A stretch of 64,000 nt of DNA from an uncultured virus (IMG/VR IMGVR_UViG_3300021958_009066). Its lineage: Duplodnaviria > Heunggongvirae > Uroviricota > Caudoviricetes. Under the pieces are notes generated by a model. That model saw only the letters and a list, made by a program, of their open reading frames with translations. It was not told the origin of the DNA and searched no databases. Where the stretch lies: the IMG/VR virus record IMGVR_UViG_3300021958_009066. One strand, written 5' to 3'. The translations under genes were made by a program, and so were the position numbers. This document shows, one piece after another, positions 17,583 through 26,980 of the stretch (positions are counted from its first letter, which is position 1; each line of letters opens with the position of its first letter).

Positions 17583-18041
17583 TTATTTAGCTCTCTTATT
17601 GAAAAGTTCACGTTCTGTAACAATCAAAAAATCGAACCCGTGTTTTTTACACCAAGTTTTAGCTGCGGTCCATTTGCTAACATTTTTAGCATATGTATAT
17701 TGTTCATACAGTACAGTGCTCTTTTTTTTGTTTCCATGTGGTTTGGGTGGTTGTGTTTGAGCGTATGGCTTTATTTCAACTAAATATTTACGTAATTTAC
17801 CATTTTGTTTCATAGTTAACGTGTTATCAACTATATATCTTCGAAGTTTACCATTTTTACCGATAGTATACGGTATCACAACATTTTCACTGTTCCATTC
17901 AACAACATGGGGGTTCAAATCACACCATCGGAAAAACTTTAGTTCCCAGCTGCTGCGATACTTTGGGTAACTTTTACCTTTGTACTTGTTATTCAGAGGC
18001 TTGTACAATCCTTGTTTAAACCGTTCGTCTCTATGAAACAT
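17583..18041 (-). CDS. gp4: Head completion nuclease (T4 gp4-like)
   Basis: YRSSWE.KF..WCD.NP.V..WNSE, Y..D, LVEIKP..QT, KW.AA..W, VTE.EL. Confidence 0.92.
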   Translation of the reverse strand: MFHRDERFKQGLYKPLNNKYKGKSYPKYRSSWELKFFRWCDLNPHVVEWNSENVVIPYTIGKNGKLRRYIVDNTLTMKQNGKLRKYLVEIKPYAQTQPPKPHGNKKKSTVLYEQYTYAKNVSKWTAAKTWCKKHGFDFLIVTERELFNKRAK

Positions 18042-20044
18042 TATCCAACGAAAAATGATGGGGGTGCTGCATCACCGAGACCGGGGGCTCCTTCGTACAT
18101 TTGCTTTTCAAGTTCGTCTTTTTCCTCTTTACCTTCTTGTAGTAACTGATCACCATTACTATTGACCGTACCACCACCGATCAGAGGTACGTTAGAAAAT
18201 TTACTTCTAGTACGACCTACTTGTAACTTTGTTAGCGCTAATGCATATTTGTACACCCATAACTCTTTAACTAGATCCTTGACGGGTAATTCAACATAGC
18301 ATGCAATCAACCCATAGTATTTATTACGTGGTTCAGGTATCAACCTCATGTACTGTGTTCTGAAGTCAAAATGTATAGCCGGTTTAGTAGCTAGTAATTT
18401 TTCGCGTAACTCTAACCACTCTTTCACTGCGTACCAGCTAACTAAATCAAAACCGTAATTACCCATAGCATAACTGAAATATGTTTGCTGTGCTAATGAT
18501 TGTTCCAGTGTGAACAATGTATTTACACCGGTATGCGTACCTTGGTTGAAGCTCCAGATGTCTATTACTTTTCTATAATCATTTATATCGTAATCATACA
18601 TCTTGTTATACAGACATTCAGATATTTCTTCTTCAGCTCCAGTGGCTGGTACCTGTTCTGACGTGTTACTTGTCACACATACTGTTTGAGTACCGGTTTC
18701 TGTAGTTGGTTCGATTTTGACCGATGTTACACATGTCACTTCAGTACCATCATCCCCTGTCAGTGTCACGGTACCTGTAGTTGTTTTTGTAACAGTTGAT
18801 GTTACCGGCGGTGTGGTCACTGGTGTTGTGGTTGTTGCGGTTACAGCGGTTGTTGCTGTTAAAGCATGTAGCTGGTCATCGGTTAGAGACGTAACCGGGG
18901 TGCATTCTGTTGTGGTTTGTATAGAAGTCACCGGGACTTGTAGTGTATCTGATGTGAGTACCGTTGAAGTTATTGTTTGGTATTGTGTGGGTCCTGGGGA
19001 GTACTCGTCGTATGGGTTGATTGTGTATATACTCCCGTCAGCAGCTGTTACAGGAATCTCACCTGTACTAGTTACTGGTGACGCTGTAACAGCAGTTGCT
19101 CCTGTAGTACCGGTAGTAGCTGTTGTAAAATTGTATGTTGTGGATTTTGCTAGTATTGGTGTCAAATCACCGCCAGTCAATATCGGTTGGCTAGATGTCA
19201 GTGTTGATGTTCCGGTGACTATCCGGTCATCCATTCCTGTTACATACGCTGTTAATGTTTGGCATACAGGCTCTTGCTGCGCGATCAAATCCGCGATTCG
19301 TTGTCTTAATGACTCTTTAACTACAGATGCAGCTAGTACTTTGGTCCAATCTCCACCATAATCATATGTTTCGGTTACTGATGTATTGTCTATTTGATTG
19401 TCTTGAGAACCGGTATTTGTATTGTTTGATGACTCTAATGAAGCGGCTAGTATTCTGGCTAAACTACCAGAGTATGGGTCAGTATTGGCATTGTCTGTAA
19501 CCTTTTCTTCTGTACATATGATCTCAGTACTTGTTAAAGGTGTACCAGCAGCACTTGTCAGCACTGCACTACATGTTACTTTGACCCCTGTAACTGTTTC
19601 TGTTTTAGTTACTGGATCTTCTGGTGGGCAAGTTGTAGCTAACCTACGTTTAGTTGTATCATAACACTGCCTCATATCAGGTGTTATTGTGAACAATTTG
19701 TCCATCCGGACACCTTTACCAGGTTCATATAAATCACTATTAAAAACTAAATACTCCTCTGTATACCCAGCATATTTAGCAAAAAATTCACATGCTATAC
19801 TTATATTATCAAAAATAGCGTTAGGGTGGACCTCTACACTCACCATGGGGTATCCAAGAGCGTATGCTATTCTTGTAGCTAGAGTTTCATAGCTCGTACA
19901 GCGCGGGGACATCGCTGTACTATAAAATGAACTAAGCGGTTTTACATCCTCTCCGGTGAGAGATTGTGACCCTGCCCCGGTTTGGTAATTAGATGTAGAT
20001 GATGTGTTAGCTCCAAAGGTTTCTGAGTTGAGAGGTCCTGCCAT
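18041..20044 (-). CDS. gp13: Neck protein (T4 gp13-like) with a large Thr-rich insertion
   Basis: ALGYP.V.VEV near the N-terminus; WV.KYA.AL.K...G..RSKF..V.L.GG...NG...E...LE and PP.FFVG at the C-terminus. Confidence 0.88.
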   Translation of the reverse strand: MAGPLNSETFGANTSSTSNYQTGAGSQSLTGEDVKPLSSFYSTAMSPRCTSYETLATRIAYALGYPMVSVEVHPNAIFDNISIACEFFAKYAGYTEEYLVFNSDLYEPGKGVRMDKLFTITPDMRQCYDTTKRRLATTCPPEDPVTKTETVTGVKVTCSAVLTSAAGTPLTSTEIICTEEKVTDNANTDPYSGSLARILAASLESSNNTNTGSQDNQIDNTSVTETYDYGGDWTKVLAASVVKESLRQRIADLIAQQEPVCQTLTAYVTGMDDRIVTGTSTLTSSQPILTGGDLTPILAKSTTYNFTTATTGTTGATAVTASPVTSTGEIPVTAADGSIYTINPYDEYSPGPTQYQTITSTVLTSDTLQVPVTSIQTTTECTPVTSLTDDQLHALTATTAVTATTTTPVTTPPVTSTVTKTTTGTVTLTGDDGTEVTCVTSVKIEPTTETGTQTVCVTSNTSEQVPATGAEEEISECLYNKMYDYDINDYRKVIDIWSFNQGTHTGVNTLFTLEQSLAQQTYFSYAMGNYGFDLVSWYAVKEWLELREKLLATKPAIHFDFRTQYMRLIPEPRNKYYGLIACYVELPVKDLVKELWVYKYALALTKLQVGRTRSKFSNVPLIGGGTVNSNGDQLLQEGKEEKDELEKQMYEGAPGLGDAAPPSFFVG

Positions 20045-20049
20045 ATAGT

Positions 20050-20056
20050 TATTTAT
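20050..20056 (-). promoter_or_regulatory. Late promoter ATAAATA (gp13)
   Basis: Overlaps the portal stop codon, 5 nt before ATG 20044. Confidence 0.65.
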
Positions 20057-21831
20057 GCTACCGGTGGGGTGTCCTCAGGGGGAGCCGCGTCAACCGGTGC
20101 GTCTGCACCAGGTTCCATACCGGTTTCAGCGGGACCACCGAACGCAGGTGGGGGAGCCCCTAAGCCTCCACCTGTATCCATAGGTGCCCCACCGGCGGGT
20201 GCTCCTGCGGCTGCTGGATCAGCAGCTTGTGCTTCTAACTGCTCCCTCCAATTAGGACCACCGCTTTCTATCTGTCCTAGTTCCCATGCAAGTTCTTTAT
20301 CTTTACGTAAAAATTCTCTATTAGCCTTGACCTCACTGTCACTCCATTTCAAATATTTTTTCTGAGCAAAAATATTACTCACACCATCATTTTGAGTCAT
20401 TTGGCTAAAGTTATTGTACTGTAGTTCAAATATTTGTTGTTGTCGTAGTTCGTGGTAGTTTCTAGGTGGGTTGAAGACAAATTTAAAGTCTTTCTCCCGT
20501 ATATCTAACTCTTCCCATATACCTCTCATACGTAAATGGGTTATAAAACCGTCTTTTAGACCGGAAGCAAAATTTTGTTGCAGACGTATAACAAATCTAG
20601 CAAATTTAAGCTCTTCGCGGAGTACCTGTGCAGGATCCTCGATAGTTGATTCTGGGTTAAGTCTATTAACAGGTACCTTTAATGACTTATACAGCTTTTT
20701 CATGAAGTATAATAAATCGTCTAGTTCTCCTAGATTTGCACCACCTTCTAAATTACTTACCTGCGTACCTTCACTACCTTGTCGTTTAGCAAACCAAAAA
20801 CTATCTAACATTGACTGTGGATTGAATGTTTGTGTTTTACCGTCCCCGGAAGAACTACCATCATATGTTTTACGTGACCAATAGTTTTGTATCAATTTAC
20901 GCAAATATGCTTCAGCCTTGGGTGGTGGCATGTTTCCTACATCAACATTGAAAACTAGACGTTCCGGGGCTCTTACTAATCTATAAATAATTATTGCGTC
21001 TTCCATGAGTAGCAATTGCCGGTAAGCGCGACGGCAGTTTTCAATAAACGGTATTCGAAGTGATTTATCTTGGTTCCATATTCCACTGTTTATATAAGTC
21101 ATTTGATTTTTATCAAATGGTATAAATTCATACTTGTCTAATGTACCGGTTTGAGGGTTCATTACAGGTTTTTTGAGTATAAAACCCTTTACTATTGTAT
21201 TCTGTATATTATCGTACACTGGGTCTATTAACTCAGTAGGTACATTCATTACACCTAATATACCAGCTTCTTTATGATCTTCATGTATTACATGTTCAAA
21301 AAATACTTCACCGTCTACTAAAATATTTCTAAAGTGCTCCCACCCTTTCACGTCTAGTTCGAACTGTTCTATAAACTTATCAAATTCATGGGTTATAGAT
21401 TCTTTTTCATTTGAGCTGAAATCCCGAGAGTCGTCATATTCTAGGTTGATTATTTGCCCGTTATCATCTTCTACAATACATTCATCGCATATTTCGTCTA
21501 ACGCGTCTGCGACTTCAGCATATGAACCCATTATTCTATAGTCTCTAATACGTTTATCCTTATCAACATCGATATTGGCATACATGTAGTCCAAGTATTT
21601 CTTATCAATATTGAATCCACCCATAGGTACATCTTCACCTATCTTTACAGTACTGATAGCATGTTTTTGAATTAATTCAGTTCTTCTTGTACCTGTTTTA
21701 AAAAAGTGTTTGTACTTTGGGTTGAGCTCATCCACGTTCTCAATAGTATTATTATTAGAAGTATAAGGTAATTTTGATTGTACGTACGACATTAATTGTC
21801 GTCCGAATGTACTGTCATTTCCGCTGGCCAT
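20053..21831 (-). CDS. gp20: Portal protein (T4 gp20-like)
   Basis: QL.LMEDA.IIYRLVRAPERLVFNVDVGNMP..KAE.YL, SML.SFWF..R, YF.KKLY.SL.VP..RL, REELKF. Confidence 0.97.
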   Translation of the reverse strand: MASGNDSTFGRQLMSYVQSKLPYTSNNNTIENVDELNPKYKHFFKTGTRRTELIQKHAISTVKIGEDVPMGGFNIDKKYLDYMYANIDVDKDKRIRDYRIMGSYAEVADALDEICDECIVEDDNGQIINLEYDDSRDFSSNEKESITHEFDKFIEQFELDVKGWEHFRNILVDGEVFFEHVIHEDHKEAGILGVMNVPTELIDPVYDNIQNTIVKGFILKKPVMNPQTGTLDKYEFIPFDKNQMTYINSGIWNQDKSLRIPFIENCRRAYRQLLLMEDAIIIYRLVRAPERLVFNVDVGNMPPPKAEAYLRKLIQNYWSRKTYDGSSSGDGKTQTFNPQSMLDSFWFAKRQGSEGTQVSNLEGGANLGELDDLLYFMKKLYKSLKVPVNRLNPESTIEDPAQVLREELKFARFVIRLQQNFASGLKDGFITHLRMRGIWEELDIREKDFKFVFNPPRNYHELRQQQIFELQYNNFSQMTQNDGVSNIFAQKKYLKWSDSEVKANREFLRKDKELAWELGQIESGGPNWREQLEAQAADPAAAGAPAGGAPMDTGGGLGAPPPAFGGPAETGMEPGADAPVDAAPPEDTPPVA

Positions 21832-21860
21832 TTAGTTATATTTACTCTTTTTATTAGTTG

Positions 21861-24218
21861 TTATCCAGTTTCAATTTCTACAAGAAATCTTTCTGATACT
21901 GGTGATCCATCTGTTTGAACATCACCGTCGTTTTCGGTTCGACCTTTCACATATATATCCCCTGTCGCTTGTTCACGTAAATAATAATAACCTATATACG
22001 GTTTATTATCTATATCTAAAAATTGTTCACCGTTCGTATAAAGGTATGGCTCTACTGGTACATTCAATGTTTGAACTGGCCATGTATTGTTTTTTGTAAT
22101 ATTCAGTATCTTTAAGATTTTTTGTTGAAGATTGTATAATTTTTCAAAACCTCTATTCAATACACCTGTAGAGAGGTATTCATTCACACCTACGTAAAAA
22201 TCCTGTTCTTCCTGTACGTCTATCAACAAACTACGATATTCAGTTTCATTTAAATATATTCTCTTATCATAAACTAACTGCCCGGTAGTTGTATGCTTTC
22301 CAGATATCTTGTAGTTTATTTTTTCTAGAAATTCTAGATGGTTTTCAACTAACTTTTTCATTAATTTGTTATATACAAAATCTGAACTATACTCTTTGAA
22401 CGATAGCGAGGTTGTTGATTCTAGTTTATATATAGGATAGTTTGTTTCTCTCAAATTTGACCGGGTGTTAATACGTTCTTTGAAGTTTAATATATACCTT
22501 TTACCTATATCATTATTATTAGGTAATTTGTTACCGTCATTAGCTACGCTTATAAAATCGGTATATAGGTACAGCTGATCATATGTGTAGCTCCGGTCCT
22601 TATCTATTTTGTATATAACTTCACCAGCATCGTTAGTAAACTTACTTGTTACAACTTGAGCTTCTTGAGATACACTCAAAAATTTTAATGCAGCTCTACA
22701 TGATATATTGTGTGTTTCTAATATATCATCTGTTAGTATCCCGATATTATGATCCAATAGGTTGAATACACCTATATTGAAGTCCCGGGACTTGAATCTT
22801 TTAATTATTCTCCTATCCGTTAAAACGTAGTAAATATTTGGTTCATTTTTACTAAATTGTAAAGATAAGAAATTTTCGTTTTGTGGGTCACCAGCTAGGC
22901 CGGTTTTGTAATAGTTTAAATCTAAATCTGATTGCTTTAAAGTTATACCCTGGTTAGATGTACCTTTACCTATATCCATTTGCTTCAACAATTTATAATT
23001 TGAATCTAATACAGATACAATACCAGCTGGGGTCAATACATATATATTATCAGTATAAGTATCGTAATGTATATCGGATACACCGGTGTATTTTTTTGTT
23101 GTTCCAGTGGCTCCACGAAAAACAATGTTCCTCTTTGGATGTTTCGCGATAAAATTATTGTTTACATCATATATTTTAAATGTATAGTCGTGCTCATCAT
23201 ATAATATGATATTATCTTGTGAATCAACAGTGAATGCTACAGGATTTACCATATCTGATGCATTTGTAGGGTTATTTACATCACCTAGCATATTGACTAA
23301 AACTCTTTGATTATGTTGTATACTATTTGTTATTTTACTATTCAAATAACCAGAGACGTCATACCTGTATATAACAGATCGTTGACTACTGTTGGAAATC
23401 TTTGAAACACCTAATCGGGGGTTACCCTTGTCTAAAATATAAACCATCTTAGAGTCGCTAGTTTTTATTTGTTCTATATTATTATAATATAAACTATTTT
23501 TATCGGATGGAAGATTTTCAACCGCGGTATATCTATCTAAGACTACCCAACCACCGGAACCGGATATATCCCCATCTGGTGTATATTCTGGACCAGACTG
23601 GTTGTATGGGTTACTAGACATTTTAACAATAGTAAGTGATTTGTTTGTTGTTAAAAACCCGTAATGCCAATTTTCTTTTTGTATATTATCATATTCCGTG
23701 GCAACAGCTGTGTTATCTCTTATCCATACCCCGTCAACTAAATTATCTAAATCTTGACCATCTCTTGTACCTGATAACGCGGGTGCACTATCTGTTATTT
23801 CAACACTACCACCTAAACTATAACCGGTTATAGGTATAGTTAATGATGACGTATCGGTAGATTTAAAAATCGGGTCTCCAGGTGTATCCCCAGTATGTGT
23901 ATAGTAACCAGCAAAATTACCGGGGAGTACATTGGATATAATTATACTTCTAGAATTTAAATATGCAAAGTTTTCATTGAACCCGTTTATTATATTGAAT
24001 ATACTAGCACTAGTAGATAGTTCATGGGGTGATAGGTGCAGTACATCCCATTGTTTAGGTAGTTTGATTTGGTCAGAAACTGTTCTATCTAATAATATAT
24101 TATATAGTGCAATTTGTTCGTTGACAGACGTAAAACCGTCTCCTATATCCGGATTAGCGTACAGCGCTTCTAAACCTTCAATAGTTTGAGGTGGGTATAT
24201 ATATTTTTGCTGTACCAT
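21861..24218 (-). CDS. Putative virion structural protein with NHL/beta-propeller-like region
   Basis: NP.AFTVDS..NIILYD and DI.YD...DNIYVL repeats. Start moved to MVQQKY (24218), just after a TATAAATA box. Confidence 0.55.
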   Translation of the reverse strand: MVQQKYIYPPQTIEGLEALYANPDIGDGFTSVNEQIALYNILLDRTVSDQIKLPKQWDVLHLSPHELSTSASIFNIINGFNENFAYLNSRSIIISNVLPGNFAGYYTHTGDTPGDPIFKSTDTSSLTIPITGYSLGGSVEITDSAPALSGTRDGQDLDNLVDGVWIRDNTAVATEYDNIQKENWHYGFLTTNKSLTIVKMSSNPYNQSGPEYTPDGDISGSGGWVVLDRYTAVENLPSDKNSLYYNNIEQIKTSDSKMVYILDKGNPRLGVSKISNSSQRSVIYRYDVSGYLNSKITNSIQHNQRVLVNMLGDVNNPTNASDMVNPVAFTVDSQDNIILYDEHDYTFKIYDVNNNFIAKHPKRNIVFRGATGTTKKYTGVSDIHYDTYTDNIYVLTPAGIVSVLDSNYKLLKQMDIGKGTSNQGITLKQSDLDLNYYKTGLAGDPQNENFLSLQFSKNEPNIYYVLTDRRIIKRFKSRDFNIGVFNLLDHNIGILTDDILETHNISCRAALKFLSVSQEAQVVTSKFTNDAGEVIYKIDKDRSYTYDQLYLYTDFISVANDGNKLPNNNDIGKRYILNFKERINTRSNLRETNYPIYKLESTTSLSFKEYSSDFVYNKLMKKLVENHLEFLEKINYKISGKHTTTGQLVYDKRIYLNETEYRSLLIDVQEEQDFYVGVNEYLSTGVLNRGFEKLYNLQQKILKILNITKNNTWPVQTLNVPVEPYLYTNGEQFLDIDNKPYIGYYYLREQATGDIYVKGRTENDGDVQTDGSPVSERFLVEIETG

Positions 24219-24226
24219 ATAAAATA

Positions 24227-24234
24227 TATTTATA
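24227..24234 (-). promoter_or_regulatory. T4-type late promoter TATAAATA
   Basis: Perfect consensus 8 nt before ATG 24218. Confidence 0.7.
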
Positions 24235-24262
24235 CAGCGTGTATTGTTATACAATCAAACAA

Positions 24263-25543
24263 TTAAAAAGCTGGGGCGGGTTGCGGGGGTGCAGCTGGTG
24301 GATTTACAATATCTTCAACTGGTTTTTGAAACAACCTCTGTTCAAAACTATCAATATAATTTGCAGTGGTAGTAGCAGGTGGGGGTGGTGTGAGCGGTCT
24401 CACATTATTGGGTGTATCAGATTCAATAAACGTACTATTATTTGATTCAGTTGCAGACTCTGTAATATCGTTATGTGCTTGTACAGTATTTAATGTATGT
24501 ATTTTTGATTGCTGTGTAATCTCACTTTCATATTCCTCAAACGACATGTCCTTTTTAATCAATGCTTTGTTTCCAGTGAAGCTCATCTCCATTAGCTTCA
24601 TTTCTAATTCCATTACACGTTCTTTTAGTTTTGAATTTTGTTGATGTAATTGTTCATGTGGTGAATGATTTAAATCCAGTACCTCAGGTGTCAATTGTTT
24701 TGCCAGATTTTGTAATCGAGTTTTACCGATAGCATCACGGTGCTGGCCAGGTATTTCATTTGATTTACTATAATAATCAATGATTTCTTTCGTGTCTTCA
24801 CCTAATTCATTCCAACCGATCAAGTAATTTTTTATTCTATCTATATACTCATTCTTGTAAGGTACTCCATTTGGTCTAGCAAATCGGTGGTTCCATTTGA
24901 GCCAAGGTAAGATTAGTGTTTTGTATCCAGATTTTTTGTACTTTTTATGTATGTAACCTTCTTCCCCTCCAAAGCCTCTAAAATGTTTATTAAACTTTAA
25001 CCATTTATCTTTTTTACAGCTAAACAACCCTAAGCCTTGCATCTCCACTTCATAAGGTTCTGTCTCTTCTAGTTTTGAGATGTCCTTTTGCCATCTACCA
25101 TACATATTGTAATCCCATACTGGTTCCATATTTGTAGCAAATATATCTCCATTATCATCCAACATTGGACCTTGTAGTAAGTCTGGTGTATCTGGATTGT
25201 TTTCATAATACTCGATCAATCTTCTTATACCACCGGGAGCAACCATTACGTGACTATCTAAACACAATACATACGGGGTTTGCGCGTACTCAAATATATA
25301 GTTTCGACTAGATGTGCCCGGTATTGATATATTTTTAACATATTTACCACATGAACCTGAAGAGTTACTCAATTTTGCTATCAACTTCTCACATTCTATA
25401 CCGTGTTTTGATTCCGGATTACCATCTACAACAACAAAGTTTAGTTCATCTATACAGTCTGCATGGTACATTAATATACTCTGTATAGTAAACCATACCC
25501 CATCGTAATCATCATAACAGCACATACCTATAGTCAATTTCAT
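24263..25543 (-). CDS. GT-A glycosyltransferase resembling polypeptide GalNAc-transferases (GT27/GT2)
   Basis: VVVDG, SRN, VLCLDSHV (DxH), GLFS, FRGFGGEE, WNHRF.R...PY; coiled-coil and Pro/Thr-rich tail. Confidence 0.75.
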   Translation of the reverse strand: MKLTIGMCCYDDYDGVWFTIQSILMYHADCIDELNFVVVDGNPESKHGIECEKLIAKLSNSSGSCGKYVKNISIPGTSSRNYIFEYAQTPYVLCLDSHVMVAPGGIRRLIEYYENNPDTPDLLQGPMLDDNGDIFATNMEPVWDYNMYGRWQKDISKLEETEPYEVEMQGLGLFSCKKDKWLKFNKHFRGFGGEEGYIHKKYKKSGYKTLILPWLKWNHRFARPNGVPYKNEYIDRIKNYLIGWNELGEDTKEIIDYYSKSNEIPGQHRDAIGKTRLQNLAKQLTPEVLDLNHSPHEQLHQQNSKLKERVMELEMKLMEMSFTGNKALIKKDMSFEEYESEITQQSKIHTLNTVQAHNDITESATESNNSTFIESDTPNNVRPLTPPPPATTTANYIDSFEQRLFQKPVEDIVNPPAAPPQPAPAF

Positions 25544-25550
25544 ACTCTAT

Positions 25551-25579
25551 AATTTATAGTATAAAACTGATAAGTGCAA
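25551..25579 (-). promoter_or_regulatory. sigma70-like promoter of the GT27-like gene (overlaps a late-like TATAAATT)
   Basis: TTGCAC-17 nt-TAAATT, 7 nt, then ATG (25543). Confidence 0.45.
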
Positions 25580-25582
25580 GTA

Positions 25583-26125
25583 TTATACGTATGGGTTACA
25601 GTCTGCTGTAAGTCTCAATCCGGAGTCAGGTTGAAATACTGTCCTATATGTAAATTCTGGTAGGTCGACCTGTTTTGTAACTGCCCCTAGAGCGTAGCCG
25701 TCAACATTTCCAGCCCGGACAATAATTGTATATGCCTTACCACATACTAAGTCTACAAAATAATTTATTGCGTTAGGAAAAGGTGTTTGCCCGGCTAGAG
25801 AATCAACCTGTGCTCTAGCTTGTGCTGGGGAAAAACCAAAGTCGTTTACATACAGATTGTATTCTGAAAACCATTTTTTCATAGAGAAGTACGCGAATGT
25901 AGATCTATCATCTTGAGTTTGAGCCACTAAAACTAACTGCTCTCTAATCAAACCACCTTCATTATTCCACCTACATTCTGTACCATCCGCATATAACCCT
26001 GTTAATAGGTTTAACGATTGGCATGGAGCGTCAGCGTCACTTGCATCCGGCGCTCCCTCCTCATTACACATACCATACCACCCTATGTAGTACTGTTCCT
26101 GACCCTGTCTCTGATACAAAATCAT
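25583..26125 (-). CDS. Hypothetical protein, probably virion-associated
   Basis: Start at MILYQR overlaps the upstream stop (ATGA); lies in a late operon. Confidence 0.55.
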   Translation of the reverse strand: MILYQRQGQEQYYIGWYGMCNEEGAPDASDADAPCQSLNLLTGLYADGTECRWNNEGGLIREQLVLVAQTQDDRSTFAYFSMKKWFSEYNLYVNDFGFSPAQARAQVDSLAGQTPFPNAINYFVDLVCGKAYTIIVRAGNVDGYALGAVTKQVDLPEFTYRTVFQPDSGLRLTADCNPYV

Positions 26126-26925
26126 AGCGTAATCTGGTTTAAAATTACCGTACCTCCTGTACCTGTTAATTGACCACGGAAACACAGGTTGGTGTTTGGT
26201 GCGGTATATACTATTGTATTGTCACTTACAAAGCTTCTTGTCATATTGATTACCCCGGCTGGAGCGATCGGATTGACCGGTGTACCGGTTGCATCAACAA
26301 CTTGGTTCGCAGTATTCCTTAAGTATATACTCCACTCATTTGGAGTTGATAGTACATTCAAATCATCTGCATCAACAGCTGGGAAACATATTTTACCACC
26401 GCCTTGTACCAACAGCTCCCAGCTTTTTCCATCGTCTCCAACACGTTGTGCGAATTGACCATCAGCAAAACCTAAGGTTCTCATGCCCCATAGTTGCTGT
26501 TGTTGGTATGCAGCTGGTGGGTCTGAAACACTTTCCGGATCTGTATATAAGCCATGTGTTTCAATTATGTTATCGAAACCAGCACAACAATCAGTTTCAG
26601 GTATTGTTGTAGTTGTTGCTGGTACACAGGAAAATTCTTTATCTAAATAACATTCAGGGTTATAAAAATTTTCAAATCTTATAGATATCGTGTTACCACT
26701 CCAAAATTGCCCTAATGTTGGGTGTCCGGGACCGCCTGCTTCAATTTGTAACCCTCCTTCACCTGTGGATGGATCAACTAACCCTGTGATATCGCTTTGT
26801 GTGAGTGGTCCATTGTGTATATACACTGGGTTACCATCAGTATCCTCTACTGTCCACCTAATTTTGTACGCGGACGGGGTACCTATAACGTTTCTTATAT
26901 TGATTGTACAATTTTCGCAAGACAT
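26122..26925 (-). CDS. Hypothetical Cys-containing structural protein with PATTTT linker
   Basis: Beta-rich, CVPATTTTIPETDCC linker, late box upstream. Confidence 0.55.
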   Translation of the reverse strand: MSCENCTINIRNVIGTPSAYKIRWTVEDTDGNPVYIHNGPLTQSDITGLVDPSTGEGGLQIEAGGPGHPTLGQFWSGNTISIRFENFYNPECYLDKEFSCVPATTTTIPETDCCAGFDNIIETHGLYTDPESVSDPPAAYQQQQLWGMRTLGFADGQFAQRVGDDGKSWELLVQGGGKICFPAVDADDLNVLSTPNEWSIYLRNTANQVVDATGTPVNPIAPAGVINMTRSFVSDNTIVYTAPNTNLCFRGQLTGTGGTVILNQITL

Positions 26926-26980
26926 GACACTCTAGTGATTATTTATTCATAAATTTTGATTTTACAAAGGTTACATCTTT

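Noticed and set aside
18615..19665. Intein or intron in gp13
   Set aside because: No intein His-Asn terminus or homing endonuclease motifs; the frame is continuous and low-complexity.
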